Source: an archaeon (GTDB lineage Archaea > Undinarchaeota > CAZHTU01 > JBDRCC01). Taken from it: a stretch of 64,000 nucleotides of DNA. The translations under genes and the position numbers were made by a program. Positions within the stretch are counted from its first letter, which is position 1; every line of letters starts with the position of its first letter. The stretch covers positions 64,001-128,000 of the forward strand of contig JBDRCC010000020.1 in the NCBI GenBank assembly GCA_043822065.1. Reading direction: 5' to 3'. Of this stretch, positions 26,960-36,045 are shown piece after piece. Below the pieces are notes generated by a model, which saw only the letters and a program-made list of their open reading frames with translations, searched no databases and was not told the DNA's origin.

Positions 26960-27537
26960 GGGCGCTCGAGGTTGTTGAGAAGACAAGGGACCATTTGGCT
27001 GCGGTTAAGATAGGGTGGCCTGCACTTCTCAGCCTTGGCAAGGGCTTCATAACGGAAATCCGCAGAATGGGCATTCCTGTAATCGCAGACCTCAAGCTGG
27101 CTGACATTGACAACACAATAAAGCTCATAGTGGACCAGGTGCTCGCCGCCGGTGCGGAATACGTCATCGGCCAGCCGTTTGTCGGGAAGCAGTCCTACGG
27201 GCTTGTAAACCCGAAGAAGCTGATTCTCGTCGTTGAGATGAGCCACCCAGGCGCGCTTGAGTACATCCAGGGGCACACGGAGGCGTTCTGCAAAATGGCA
27301 AAGGAGCTTGGTGTGCATGGGATAGTCGCCCCCGCGACCAGGCCTGAGCGGGTCAGGCAGATACGCGAGTGGGTCGGCCCTGACATAAAGATATACTCCC
27401 CTGGGGTCGGAGCCCAGGGCGGAAGTGGAAAAGACGTGCTTGCCGCAGGCGCGAACTACATCATCGTCGGAAGGACGATATACGGCGACAAGGAGCCGGG
27501 AAAGGCAGTAAAAAAAGTTTTAGATTCCCTGAAGTAA
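26908..27537 (+). CDS. pyrF: Orotidine-5'-phosphate decarboxylase
   Basis: LALD, KIG, DLKLADIDNT, PATRPER, SPGVGAQGG, VGRTI. Confidence 0.95.
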   Translation: MGQESPIVLALDTTDRVRALEVVEKTRDHLAAVKIGWPALLSLGKGFITEIRRMGIPVIADLKLADIDNTIKLIVDQVLAAGAEYVIGQPFVGKQSYGLVNPKKLILVVEMSHPGALEYIQGHTEAFCKMAKELGVHGIVAPATRPERVRQIREWVGPDIKIYSPGVGAQGGSGKDVLAAGANYIIVGRTIYGDKEPGKAVKKVLDSLK

Positions 27538-28617
27538 CTAATCCATCTTGTATCTCAGGAAGGCGGCAAACCCGCCAATCCTGAAAAGCTGTTCGCCCTC
27601 AGGCGTCTCACGCGATATAAGCATGACCTTCGTCCCGAACTCCTGGGACCTCTTGACTATGCCATCGGCAACCGCCTTGTCCGCGCCCTCTGATACCAGT
27701 ATGGTGTCCGCAGCCCCCTGCTCAAGCGCCTTTAAGACATAGTCCTTGCCGTACGTCACAGCGCCGTCTTTTGCAATCTCGTCCAGAAGCCTCCGTATCA
27801 CCTGCTTCTCTTTCGTTATCTCCGCATCCTTGAGGAGGTCCTCTGACCTCTGGACAAGCTCCTCCAGCCCGTAGGATCCTGTATACCCGATGTCGACGAC
27901 GCCAAGTATCTTGCTGGTGAGGCTCGGCGGTATATTGTCTAAAAATTCGTTCTTGCTATGGCCAGGTCCGCCGACTATTATCCCCTTAACTTCAGCATCC
28001 TTGAGTATCTCTATCGAGGACTCTACAATCTGCTTGTACCAGTCCTTTGCGAGGTTCTCTATGACGCGCTCGAACCTTGCCGCGGACTGCCCCCCTGCCC
28101 TGAATTTTCCGGGAACCATGCTTGACATGTGCTTTACCGGGACAATCCTCTTGCCCTTCAGGAATGCGATGTCAGCCTCCCGCCTGTCGACTACTATCAG
28201 CGCATAAACGTCCTTTTCCTTGACCATCTCGAGCAGCGGGTCGAGGACGAACTCCTGCGAGCACCGGTAAAGCGCAATCTTCAGCGGGTCCGGCGGGATT
28301 AGGGAATGCAGCTGGATGTCCTCCCTGCCCTCCGTCTGCGAGACGTTCCCGCAGAAAACGGCCAGCCCGTTTTTCGGCGTCTGCTTGAAGAGCTTGAGGT
28401 GCTGGATTATCCGCTCAAGGGCGGCTGTGACGTTTTTCCTTGTCGTCTTGGACTTGATGTTCTGGCTCGTCCCCTGCTCGTCGTAAAGCTTGCCTATGAC
28501 CTTGTTGATGTCGTAGCCGTCAGGTATGTAGACCGTAATCAGTTCGGTGTGCCTCCCGCGCTGGTTGGTGAGCTCTTCAATCTCCCGCTTAAACCTGTAT
28601 GCTTCAATATCCGTCAT
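27538..28617 (-). CDS. prf1: Peptide chain release factor aRF1
   Basis: RGRHTELITVYIP, NIKS, YRC, GGQSAARF, GGFAAFLRY. Confidence 0.96.
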   Translation of the reverse strand: MTDIEAYRFKREIEELTNQRGRHTELITVYIPDGYDINKVIGKLYDEQGTSQNIKSKTTRKNVTAALERIIQHLKLFKQTPKNGLAVFCGNVSQTEGREDIQLHSLIPPDPLKIALYRCSQEFVLDPLLEMVKEKDVYALIVVDRREADIAFLKGKRIVPVKHMSSMVPGKFRAGGQSAARFERVIENLAKDWYKQIVESSIEILKDAEVKGIIVGGPGHSKNEFLDNIPPSLTSKILGVVDIGYTGSYGLEELVQRSEDLLKDAEITKEKQVIRRLLDEIAKDGAVTYGKDYVLKALEQGAADTILVSEGADKAVADGIVKRSQEFGTKVMLISRETPEGEQLFRIGGFAAFLRYKMD

Positions 28618-28627
28618 ATAAAGAGGA

Positions 28628-31036
28628 CTAATCTTCTACTTTTATAAATATTCTCTCAGAAACCTTGTCGCCGCCTTTTTTGTCAGAATACTCGATTTCG
28701 CCTATTTTCATGGTCGCCTTAATCGTGGATTCCATCCCCCTCAAGTCTTCCTCCGAGCTGATGACCACCTTGCCGAGCGCGGCATTCATTGACATGTTCC
28801 GCTCCGTCTTGTACTTCCTTAGGTAGGCGATTGCCTCTATCGCCTGCGAGACAAGCCCTTCCGCTCCCTTGTCGGCTTCTTCAGCCTCAGGCCATTTCGC
28901 GAATGAGATGCTGGTCTCCTTTTTCCCTGGAAGGCATGAGTATATTTCCTCGCAGAAGAACGGGGCTACTGGCGAGAGCAGGGTGGCAGTTGTCTTCAGG
29001 ACGGTGTACAGCGTGTACTGCGCAGCTTCCCTGGTCGCCTTCCCGTACTTCTCCGGCTCGTACAGCCTGTGCTTTACCATCTCAAGGTAGTTGTCGCAGA
29101 AGTCCTTCCAGATGAACTGCTGGACCGGCTGGACCGCATTTATGAACTCAAACTTCTCGAACGCATCCGTGACCGAGGCGGCAAGCGCTGACAGCTTTGA
29201 GAGTATCCACCTGTCTTCGGCTTCAAGCTTTGGCGCATTCCCTCCCTTGTAGTCCTCAAGGTGCATCATGGCGAACCTAGCGGCGTTCCAGAACTTCGTA
29301 AGGAACTTGTGGGAGTACTCGACGTCCTTCCAGGAGAATGGCAGGTCTGAGCCCGGAACGGAGTATGACGCCCACATCCTAAGCGAGTCTGCGCCGTACT
29401 TCCTTATCGCCTCGTCCGGCGCGACGTAGTTGTTGAAGCTCTTGCTCATCTTCCTCCCGTCCTCGCCGTGGACCATACCGTTTACCATTACCTCCTTGAA
29501 CGGGACCTTCCCTGTCAGCTCAAGGCACCTGAAAGTCGTATAGAACAGCCAGGTCCGTATTATCTCGTAGCCCTGCGGCCTGTTGCTCACGGGGTATGCC
29601 ATCTTGAAGACGTCGTCTTTCTTTTTCCATCCGCTCGCGACAAGCGGGCTTATTGACGAGTCAACCCAGCAGTCGCACACTTCGGGCGGCGCGTCCATTT
29701 TATCAGAGCCGCACTTGGGGCACTTCTTAATCGGCGGCTTCTGCGTCGTCGGGTCTACGGGCAGGTCATCCTCCCTGGCAGGTATTATCTCCCCGCACTG
29801 GCAGTACCAGAAGGGTATCGGCGTGCCGAAGACCCTCTGCCGGGATATTACCCAGTCCCAGTCAAGGCCGTACGCCCAGTCCGTAAGCCTCCTAAGCATG
29901 TACTCCGGGAACCACTTCATCTGCTTCCCGCCCTCTGCAATCATCTCGCTCTTATCCCTGAGCTTTATGAACCACTGGAAGGTCGGTATCATCTCGACCG
30001 GCTGCCTGCAAGCGCCCCTCTCTGCGTGGACGAGGACGTTGTGCCTGAACTTTTCGGTCTTCTTCAGCGCACCCTCCTTCTCAAGGTCCTTGAGGAACTG
30101 CTCTCTCGCCCCCTTCGCAGTCAGGCCGGCATACTTGCCTGCCGCCTCAGTCATCTTTCCGTCCCTTCCTATGGCGCTTATGACCGGCAATTTGTATTTC
30201 GCCTGCCACTTGAAGTCCATCTCGTCGCCGTAGGTGCAGACGTACACTGCGCCTGTCCCGAACTCCCGGTCAACGTCAGAGTCTGCAAGTATCGGCACCT
30301 GCCTGTTGAAGACCGGCAGGGTCGCCTTCTTGTTGTGAAACGCCTTGTACCTCTCGTCGTCCGGGTGGACGAGAACGGCAACGCACGCCGGGCTTAGCTC
30401 CGGCCGCGTGGTCGCAATCTGTATCGGCTTTCCTGCGTCAGTCTTGAACTCGATGTAATGGAGCGTGCCGTCCATCTCGGAATATCCGAGCTCGGCGTTC
30501 GCTATCGCAGTGCCGCACTTCGTGCACCAGTGGGTCGGGTGCTCCTTGCGGTATATCATTCCTTTCCTGAAAAATTCAAGAAGCGACGACTGGACCCGCG
30601 CCTTGTAGTCCGCATCCATCGTCCTGTACTCATAATCCCAGTCCGCAGAGTAGCCCATCTCGTCAAACTGCCGCTTCATACCGGTTATGCACTTCTCTGT
30701 CCACTCTATGCACTTCTTCCTGAACTCATCCCGGTTCTCCTTTGGTATCTTGTACTCAGTCTCGACCCTGAGCTCTGTAGGCAGGCCGTGGCAGTCGAAC
30801 CCCTGCGGGAGGAGGACGTTGTGCCCGGTGAGCCTCTTGTACCTGGCAACAAAGTCTATCCATGAGTGGTTGAGCGAATGCCCCATGTGGAGGGTGCCGG
30901 AGGTGAACGGCGGCGGCGTGTCAAAGGAGTAGACCGGCTTCTTTGACTTCCTGTCAAAGGCGAAAATCTTCTCCTTCTTCCAGAGGTCAGTCCACTTCTT
31001 CTGGAGCTCAAGATGGTCATACCTCTTGCCTAGCAT
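28628..31036 (-). CDS. valS: Valine--tRNA ligase
   Basis: DTPPPFTSGTLHMGH, TTRPEL, WDWVISRQR, KMSKS. Confidence 0.96.
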   Translation of the reverse strand: MLGKRYDHLELQKKWTDLWKKEKIFAFDRKSKKPVYSFDTPPPFTSGTLHMGHSLNHSWIDFVARYKRLTGHNVLLPQGFDCHGLPTELRVETEYKIPKENRDEFRKKCIEWTEKCITGMKRQFDEMGYSADWDYEYRTMDADYKARVQSSLLEFFRKGMIYRKEHPTHWCTKCGTAIANAELGYSEMDGTLHYIEFKTDAGKPIQIATTRPELSPACVAVLVHPDDERYKAFHNKKATLPVFNRQVPILADSDVDREFGTGAVYVCTYGDEMDFKWQAKYKLPVISAIGRDGKMTEAAGKYAGLTAKGAREQFLKDLEKEGALKKTEKFRHNVLVHAERGACRQPVEMIPTFQWFIKLRDKSEMIAEGGKQMKWFPEYMLRRLTDWAYGLDWDWVISRQRVFGTPIPFWYCQCGEIIPAREDDLPVDPTTQKPPIKKCPKCGSDKMDAPPEVCDCWVDSSISPLVASGWKKKDDVFKMAYPVSNRPQGYEIIRTWLFYTTFRCLELTGKVPFKEVMVNGMVHGEDGRKMSKSFNNYVAPDEAIRKYGADSLRMWASYSVPGSDLPFSWKDVEYSHKFLTKFWNAARFAMMHLEDYKGGNAPKLEAEDRWILSKLSALAASVTDAFEKFEFINAVQPVQQFIWKDFCDNYLEMVKHRLYEPEKYGKATREAAQYTLYTVLKTTATLLSPVAPFFCEEIYSCLPGKKETSISFAKWPEAEEADKGAEGLVSQAIEAIAYLRKYKTERNMSMNAALGKVVISSEEDLRGMESTIKATMKIGEIEYSDKKGGDKVSERIFIKVED

Positions 31037-31072
31037 AGCAACAAAATAGGGGGAGTATATTATAAGCGTTAC

Positions 31073-31678
31073 CTAAACTGCTATCATCCCGACCAGCTGC
31101 GCCCCGAAAATCCAGAAGAACCACATGTGCCAGATGGTGTTGAAGAGGGCGTACTGCAGCTGGAAGAACGGCGGCCTTTCCCCCAGGACAATCCTGAGCG
31201 GCGTCGTGACGATGTACTGCGGTATTATGAACTGGAGGATGTACAGCACCATGCTGCCGCCTGCGTACGGGTACATGCTCGGCAGAACCACGCAGAAGAC
31301 AATCCTCGTAAGGAACGTCACAGGCGTCTGCTGTGGGAACTCAAAGCACGCCAGCGCCTCTATTATCACTGTGACTATCGAAAATATCAGCCCGTAAAAT
31401 ACCCCGCCATAAATCGTCACTAGTATAGTCAGCCCCATCCCGACCTTGAACGACAGCGCCGGCCTGAACCTGTCCGGGAACCTCGTGAAGACGCTTATCG
31501 CCATGAATGTAATCAGCGCAAAATAGAACCCGCCTGGCTTCTCAAGCCCGTACTTAAGGGCGAGGAAGTAAAAGGCAAAAAGGAATGCCGAGCCAAGGGC
31601 GAGTATGCTGGCTATGCCTGAGCTAGTTGGGACCATGTCTATAACTACATCCGTGATACCGCGCTTTCCCCCGTACAT
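31073..31678 (-). CDS. Multi-pass membrane protein, hypothetical
   Basis: About 6-7 hydrophobic helices; TATA upstream. Confidence 0.65.
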   Translation of the reverse strand: MYGGKRGITDVVIDMVPTSSGIASILALGSAFLFAFYFLALKYGLEKPGGFYFALITFMAISVFTRFPDRFRPALSFKVGMGLTILVTIYGGVFYGLIFSIVTVIIEALACFEFPQQTPVTFLTRIVFCVVLPSMYPYAGGSMVLYILQFIIPQYIVTTPLRIVLGERPPFFQLQYALFNTIWHMWFFWIFGAQLVGMIAV

Positions 31679-31751
31679 GCCTCTATATACTAGTGCTCTG
31701 CCTGCTTAATATAAACCTTTCGCTGATACCGTATATACTATCAGCTTATAA

Positions 31752-32138
31752 TCAGCCAGACGCAGGGGGCTGCTCTTCGCGCGTGAGTATCCGCCTCTCT
31801 ATGTCCCGCTTAAGCGCGTCAATGTCAAGCTGAACCTTCTCAAGCCCCTTCAGCAGCCTTTCCTTCTCTGCGTCGAGCTCGTCAGCAATCTGGTACCTCT
31901 TTATCGCCTCGTTGAAGTCGTCCAGGTCAAGGGTAGAATAGCGTGATTTGCCCATTCTCTTAGCCACGTTTTTTGAAATCTCGCCAAGCCAGAAATTCAT
32001 AGCATTTTTTACCCTCCAGGATATTATGTGGTCCGGGGCGTTAGCCCTGATTATCCTGACAATCTGCGCCCTAGGGAACGGGCCGTTCGGAACCTCTTTT
32101 GGCTTTAGTTTATCACTCTTCGTGGCTTTTTTGGACAT
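31752..32138 (-). CDS. Histone-fold protein with basic N-tail and C-terminal coiled coil
   Basis: FPRAQIVRIIR (alpha1), ISWRVKNAM (L1/alpha2), RYSTLDLDDFNEAI (L2/alpha3), then heptad helix. Confidence 0.75.
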   Translation of the reverse strand: MSKKATKSDKLKPKEVPNGPFPRAQIVRIIRANAPDHIISWRVKNAMNFWLGEISKNVAKRMGKSRYSTLDLDDFNEAIKRYQIADELDAEKERLLKGLEKVQLDIDALKRDIERRILTREEQPPASG

Positions 32139-32219
32139 AAAAATCACCGTATAAGCTAATGCACCAATAGTAAATAAACTTATCCTTGGCAACCTATTTA
32201 AGCAATTTTGCCGATATAA

Positions 32220-32765
32220 ATGGGCATGGCAAAGGTTGAAAAAAAGGGCAAGGGGCGTGCCCCTCCGCAGCTTTACAAGCCAAAGAAAAGGCTGAGGGAG
32301 CGGTTTTCCCCGGTCTTAATCGTTTCGATAGTTGGGCTGATCATTATGATTGGCTCAGTCGTAGCCTCATCTTTCAGCAACTACTTCAGCGAGACGCAGA
32401 CAGCATCCAACACAGAAAATGAAACGGAATCCCCCCAGTTCACGGAAAATCTCATCCGCGCCCAGATAATGTCTGACAGCGAAATCCAGCGGCTGAACTC
32501 CGAGGGGAAAACAGTCCTGCGTGCTGTTGACTTTCCGACATCGCCTTCCTCAAAGGAGCTCTCAAACCTCAACGTCCAGAACCTGGTAATCGAGCGGATA
32601 AACTACAACGACGAGTGCTTCGGAAAGGTGCGCGCCGAATTCACGAATATCTGCCCTCCGGATGCGACGAAGCTCCCAGTCTACATAATCCTCAGCCCAG
32701 ACGGTAGCCAGTCCGTCGTCTACGGCTACAAGACAATACCCGAGCTTGTTGCGCTCCTAAGCTGA
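32220..32765 (+). CDS. Membrane-anchored thioredoxin-like protein lacking CxxC
   Basis: One TM helix; VDFPTSPSSKEL; KLPVYIILSPDG..YGYKTIPEL. Confidence 0.55.
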   Translation: MGMAKVEKKGKGRAPPQLYKPKKRLRERFSPVLIVSIVGLIIMIGSVVASSFSNYFSETQTASNTENETESPQFTENLIRAQIMSDSEIQRLNSEGKTVLRAVDFPTSPSSKELSNLNVQNLVIERINYNDECFGKVRAEFTNICPPDATKLPVYIILSPDGSQSVVYGYKTIPELVALLS

Positions 32766-34532
32766 AGTCTCTTCTATCCTTACCTCAGCCTCAGACCGCA
32801 GGATTCTCTTTCCTTCCTTGGATCTCTTCCTCACCTTTATCTCGCCCTTTGAGCCAACGAGCGCGGAGAGGACAAGCCCCCGCCCGGCATAGACGTTCGC
32901 CCTCTTTCCGGCGAGTCCCTTGCCTACGGATATCACCAGGTTTCCAGAAGTCTCCTTAACATCATACTCGACGGATTTCTCAGCCGAGGTCACGGGCTTC
33001 AGGTTTATCCGTATCCCGAATTTTTTCTCAATCCGGCTTATGTTCGAGCCCTCCCTGCCTATTATCTGCGCCATCACGTGCTCTGGCACGTACACTTCCG
33101 CAAGCGAAGGCGAAACCGCGTCCACCCTGAAGTTCCGGGTGTAGCCCCGTATCTCGTCCGCAAGCTTCTCCTCGACAATCTTCTGGACGCCGCCCTTCTC
33201 CCTCTTTTCGACAGGCATCACTACGACCTCTTCGCCATACGAGTATATCTCGTACTCGACCTTGCCGGTGCCGAAATCCGAAACCTCTATCACAGGCCTA
33301 GCCAAGTCCTGCTCAGTCATGCCGTTCGGGACCTTGACTGTGAATTTCAGGCTGAGCACTTTGCCGGCTGCGCCTTTTTCTATGTGTATTATAGTGTCCA
33401 CAAGCTGTGGAATTACGCCGAGCTCCACCCTGCCGATGAGCCGCTGTATAGCGTCTATCGGCTTTCGGGCGTGGACGACCCCGACCATCCCGACGCCAGC
33501 AAGGCGCAGGTCTGCGTAGGTCTCGAAGTCTGCGGTTTTCCTCAGCTCGTCGAATACCGTGTAGTCGGGTCTTACTAGAAGGAGGATGTCCGCAGTCTTT
33601 GCCATGTTGCCCTCAAGCGCGGAATACTGCGTTATGTCCGGCGATACCTGGAGGTCGCGCGGGTGCTCCATCGTCTTGACTATTTTTCCCATCCCAAGGT
33701 ACATCTCTGCAACCGCCTGGACGAACGTAGACTTACCAGAGCCCGGCGGGCCTGCGACGAGCACGCCCTCTGCAGCTTTGAGCCGCTCCAACAGCCCCTT
33801 GTCGAGCTTGTAGTCTTCTATCGCGAGCTTTTTTACAGGCCTCACTGCGGTTATCTCGGTCCTCTCAGAGAACGGCGGCTGGGTCACGGCTATCCTGTAC
33901 TCGCCGAGCTGGTATATTGAGGCGCCGTACATTTTCATCTCCGTGCCTCCTGAAACCCTTGCGTGGTCGTTTATGTTTTTGACAATTTTGTTTATCTCAT
34001 CCTTTGGTATCTCATTGCCGCTGATTTCGACAAGCTTTGTTTCGCCTGGCAGACCGACTTTTGCCTTAGGCGTCCTCCCCTCTTTTAGGTGGACGCTCTG
34101 GGCTCCCTCAGAAAAATAATTCGAGACAAGAAGCTTTTCTATGTACGGCTCCACATAATCGCATGAAATCCCCTTTGCGTTTGCGACCTCTGCCTGGACT
34201 ATGTCAGCCGTCAGCAAAACAGCGCCCTGCTTCTGGGCGGTGTCCCTTATGATTGCGTCAAGCGAGCCGGCTTTTGCAAGGCGTATCTCCTCTGCCGTCG
34301 GCCTTTCACCGATGTACTCTAATTTTATTTTCCCTTCCGCCTCAAGCCCCCGCAGCTTTTTTATCTCTTCAAGCCCCTCAAATCCAATCTGCCTGCCCCG
34401 GTTTGCCTGGCCCTCAAGCTCGGAGAGGACAATCTCCGGGATTATTATCGTCGCGCCATCATACTTGCCGCTTGAGATAAGCTCTGAAAGCTTTTTTTCA
34501 ATTATGACTGATGTATCTGGAACTACTTTCAT
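32757..34532 (-). CDS. PIN-domain ATPase with KH domain (PINA)
   Basis: VPDTSVII PIN, ELEGQAN, Walker A GPPGSGKST, LVRPDYTVFDELR, IIGREG KH. Confidence 0.93.
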   Translation of the reverse strand: MKVVPDTSVIIEKKLSELISSGKYDGATIIIPEIVLSELEGQANRGRQIGFEGLEEIKKLRGLEAEGKIKLEYIGERPTAEEIRLAKAGSLDAIIRDTAQKQGAVLLTADIVQAEVANAKGISCDYVEPYIEKLLVSNYFSEGAQSVHLKEGRTPKAKVGLPGETKLVEISGNEIPKDEINKIVKNINDHARVSGGTEMKMYGASIYQLGEYRIAVTQPPFSERTEITAVRPVKKLAIEDYKLDKGLLERLKAAEGVLVAGPPGSGKSTFVQAVAEMYLGMGKIVKTMEHPRDLQVSPDITQYSALEGNMAKTADILLLVRPDYTVFDELRKTADFETYADLRLAGVGMVGVVHARKPIDAIQRLIGRVELGVIPQLVDTIIHIEKGAAGKVLSLKFTVKVPNGMTEQDLARPVIEVSDFGTGKVEYEIYSYGEEVVVMPVEKREKGGVQKIVEEKLADEIRGYTRNFRVDAVSPSLAEVYVPEHVMAQIIGREGSNISRIEKKFGIRINLKPVTSAEKSVEYDVKETSGNLVISVGKGLAGKRANVYAGRGLVLSALVGSKGEIKVRKRSKEGKRILRSEAEVRIEETSA

Positions 34533-34639
34533 CTGGAGCCGCATTTCAGAAATAGCCGGATACATCCCATTTATCCGCTAGCTTTTTATCCTTTTTGCAG
34601 GGGGCAAGGGTTAAATACCAATCAAAATTTACCCATCGC

Positions 34640-35077
34640 ATGCTCTCTGAAAAAAACCTCAAGACGCTTCTGCTCGCGCTCATGCCAAAGCAGTTCCCTG
34701 GCTACACCTTCGCCCAGGATGTAAAGGCCGGCGCATGGAAGATACCCCTACTTGGGACTGCCCAGACGCCGGAAAGGATTCTGCGCCAGGCCTTCATCCA
34801 GGTCGAGACCGAGACGAACTTTGTCAAGGAGAATATCGAGGCCCACACCTTCATCCTTGGGAACCTTGCGAAAAAGGGCTTCCTAAAAAAAGGGGACGCT
34901 TACTGGGTAGTCCACGGCGGCGAAGTCCTCCCTGAAGTAGAGCAGTATGCAAAGGACAGCGGCATAACCATCAAGGACAGGAAATGGCTCATCGCTATGG
35001 TCACTAAGCACAAGGCAGACAAGGCAGTCAAGTACGTTATTCAGACGCTTGAGGCAGCCAATTCCTGGAACCCCTGA
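34640..35077 (+). CDS. Mrr-like restriction endonuclease-fold protein, catalytically degenerate
   Basis: GYTFAQDV..KIPLLG..FIQVE..YAKDSGITIKDRKWL pattern. Confidence 0.5.
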   Translation: MLSEKNLKTLLLALMPKQFPGYTFAQDVKAGAWKIPLLGTAQTPERILRQAFIQVETETNFVKENIEAHTFILGNLAKKGFLKKGDAYWVVHGGEVLPEVEQYAKDSGITIKDRKWLIAMVTKHKADKAVKYVIQTLEAANSWNP

Positions 35078-36045
35078 AGGGCTCCGTTTTCCATAAGCAC
35101 AAACCCGCTCTCAAAGCTTATCGTCGGGTTTTTTATCACCATGTCTATGTGCAGCGGCACGCTGACGCCGCCGCCGAAACCTGTGTTGTTCCCGAGCGCA
35201 ACATGGCACGTCCCAAGTATCTTCTCCCCTTCGAGCGCGGTCTCAAATCCCACTGCCTGCTTGTTCGTCCCGATTCCGAGCTCGGCAATATTGTACACCT
35301 TGTCCCCGAGCTTCTCCGGCATGAGTATCCTTTTTAGTTCATCCGCCCTGGAGCCTGATAGCGACTTAACCATCCCGCCCTCGACCTCAATTGTCAGCGG
35401 CTCCTTCAGCTTTCCCATTTGGCTTATGCCGCCGTCGACGACTATCTTTCCGTACGACTTTCCCTCGTTCGGCGCAAAGAAGGCCTCGCCCGCAGGCAGG
35501 TTTCCGCCTGACCCCTTGCCAGTGTAGATTCCATTGTCCTCGTGGACAGTCCGCCCGGTCCGGTATACTGTGAAGTCAGTCCCAGCCGCCGTCCTTATCT
35601 TTACCCTTTCGGCGTGCCGAACCTTCCTTGCCACGTAGTTCGTCACGGGCACAACCTCTGCCCGGTAGTCAAGCGAAAGCGTCCTCAGGAACATGTCCTT
35701 GGTAATGTGCGGCATCGACGCCCAGCGCACCCCCATCCCGCTCGCAGCCTTTCTCGCGGCAGTGTGTGAGAGGGAGTATGTAGTCGGCATAAGGAGGATG
35801 TCCGCGTCAAGCATGTTGTGGCTTATCTCCTCAGGCGGCTCCGTCCCGTCCCCGCCGGTTTCAGGCATTACTTCCATGAAAGAGTCCGAAGCGATTTCTT
35901 TTGACGCCTTGAGCAGCGCCTTTGCAATCGCAGCCCTCTGGCGGCTTCCCCTGTCGGTTATTATGTAAGCCCGCTCATTGTAGTAGAGCCCCATGTTTTC
36001 CTTTACCACCTTCCGGGCAACTTCAAGGAGCTTCTTTCCAATCAT
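35041..36045 (-). CDS. M29 family leucyl aminopeptidase
   Basis: SLSHT, GNLPAGEAFFAP, IAELGIGTN, EKILGTCHVALG, HID. Confidence 0.9.
   Translation of the reverse strand: MIGKKLLEVARKVVKENMGLYYNERAYIITDRGSRQRAAIAKALLKASKEIASDSFMEVMPETGGDGTEPPEEISHNMLDADILLMPTTYSLSHTAARKAASGMGVRWASMPHITKDMFLRTLSLDYRAEVVPVTNYVARKVRHAERVKIRTAAGTDFTVYRTGRTVHEDNGIYTGKGSGGNLPAGEAFFAPNEGKSYGKIVVDGGISQMGKLKEPLTIEVEGGMVKSLSGSRADELKRILMPEKLGDKVYNIAELGIGTNKQAVGFETALEGEKILGTCHVALGNNTGFGGGVSVPLHIDMVIKNPTISFESGFVLMENGALQGFQELAASSV

Noticed and set aside
32757-34532. PIN domain as a VapC toxin or defence system
   Set aside because: PIN-ATPase-KH architecture is the conserved housekeeping PINA
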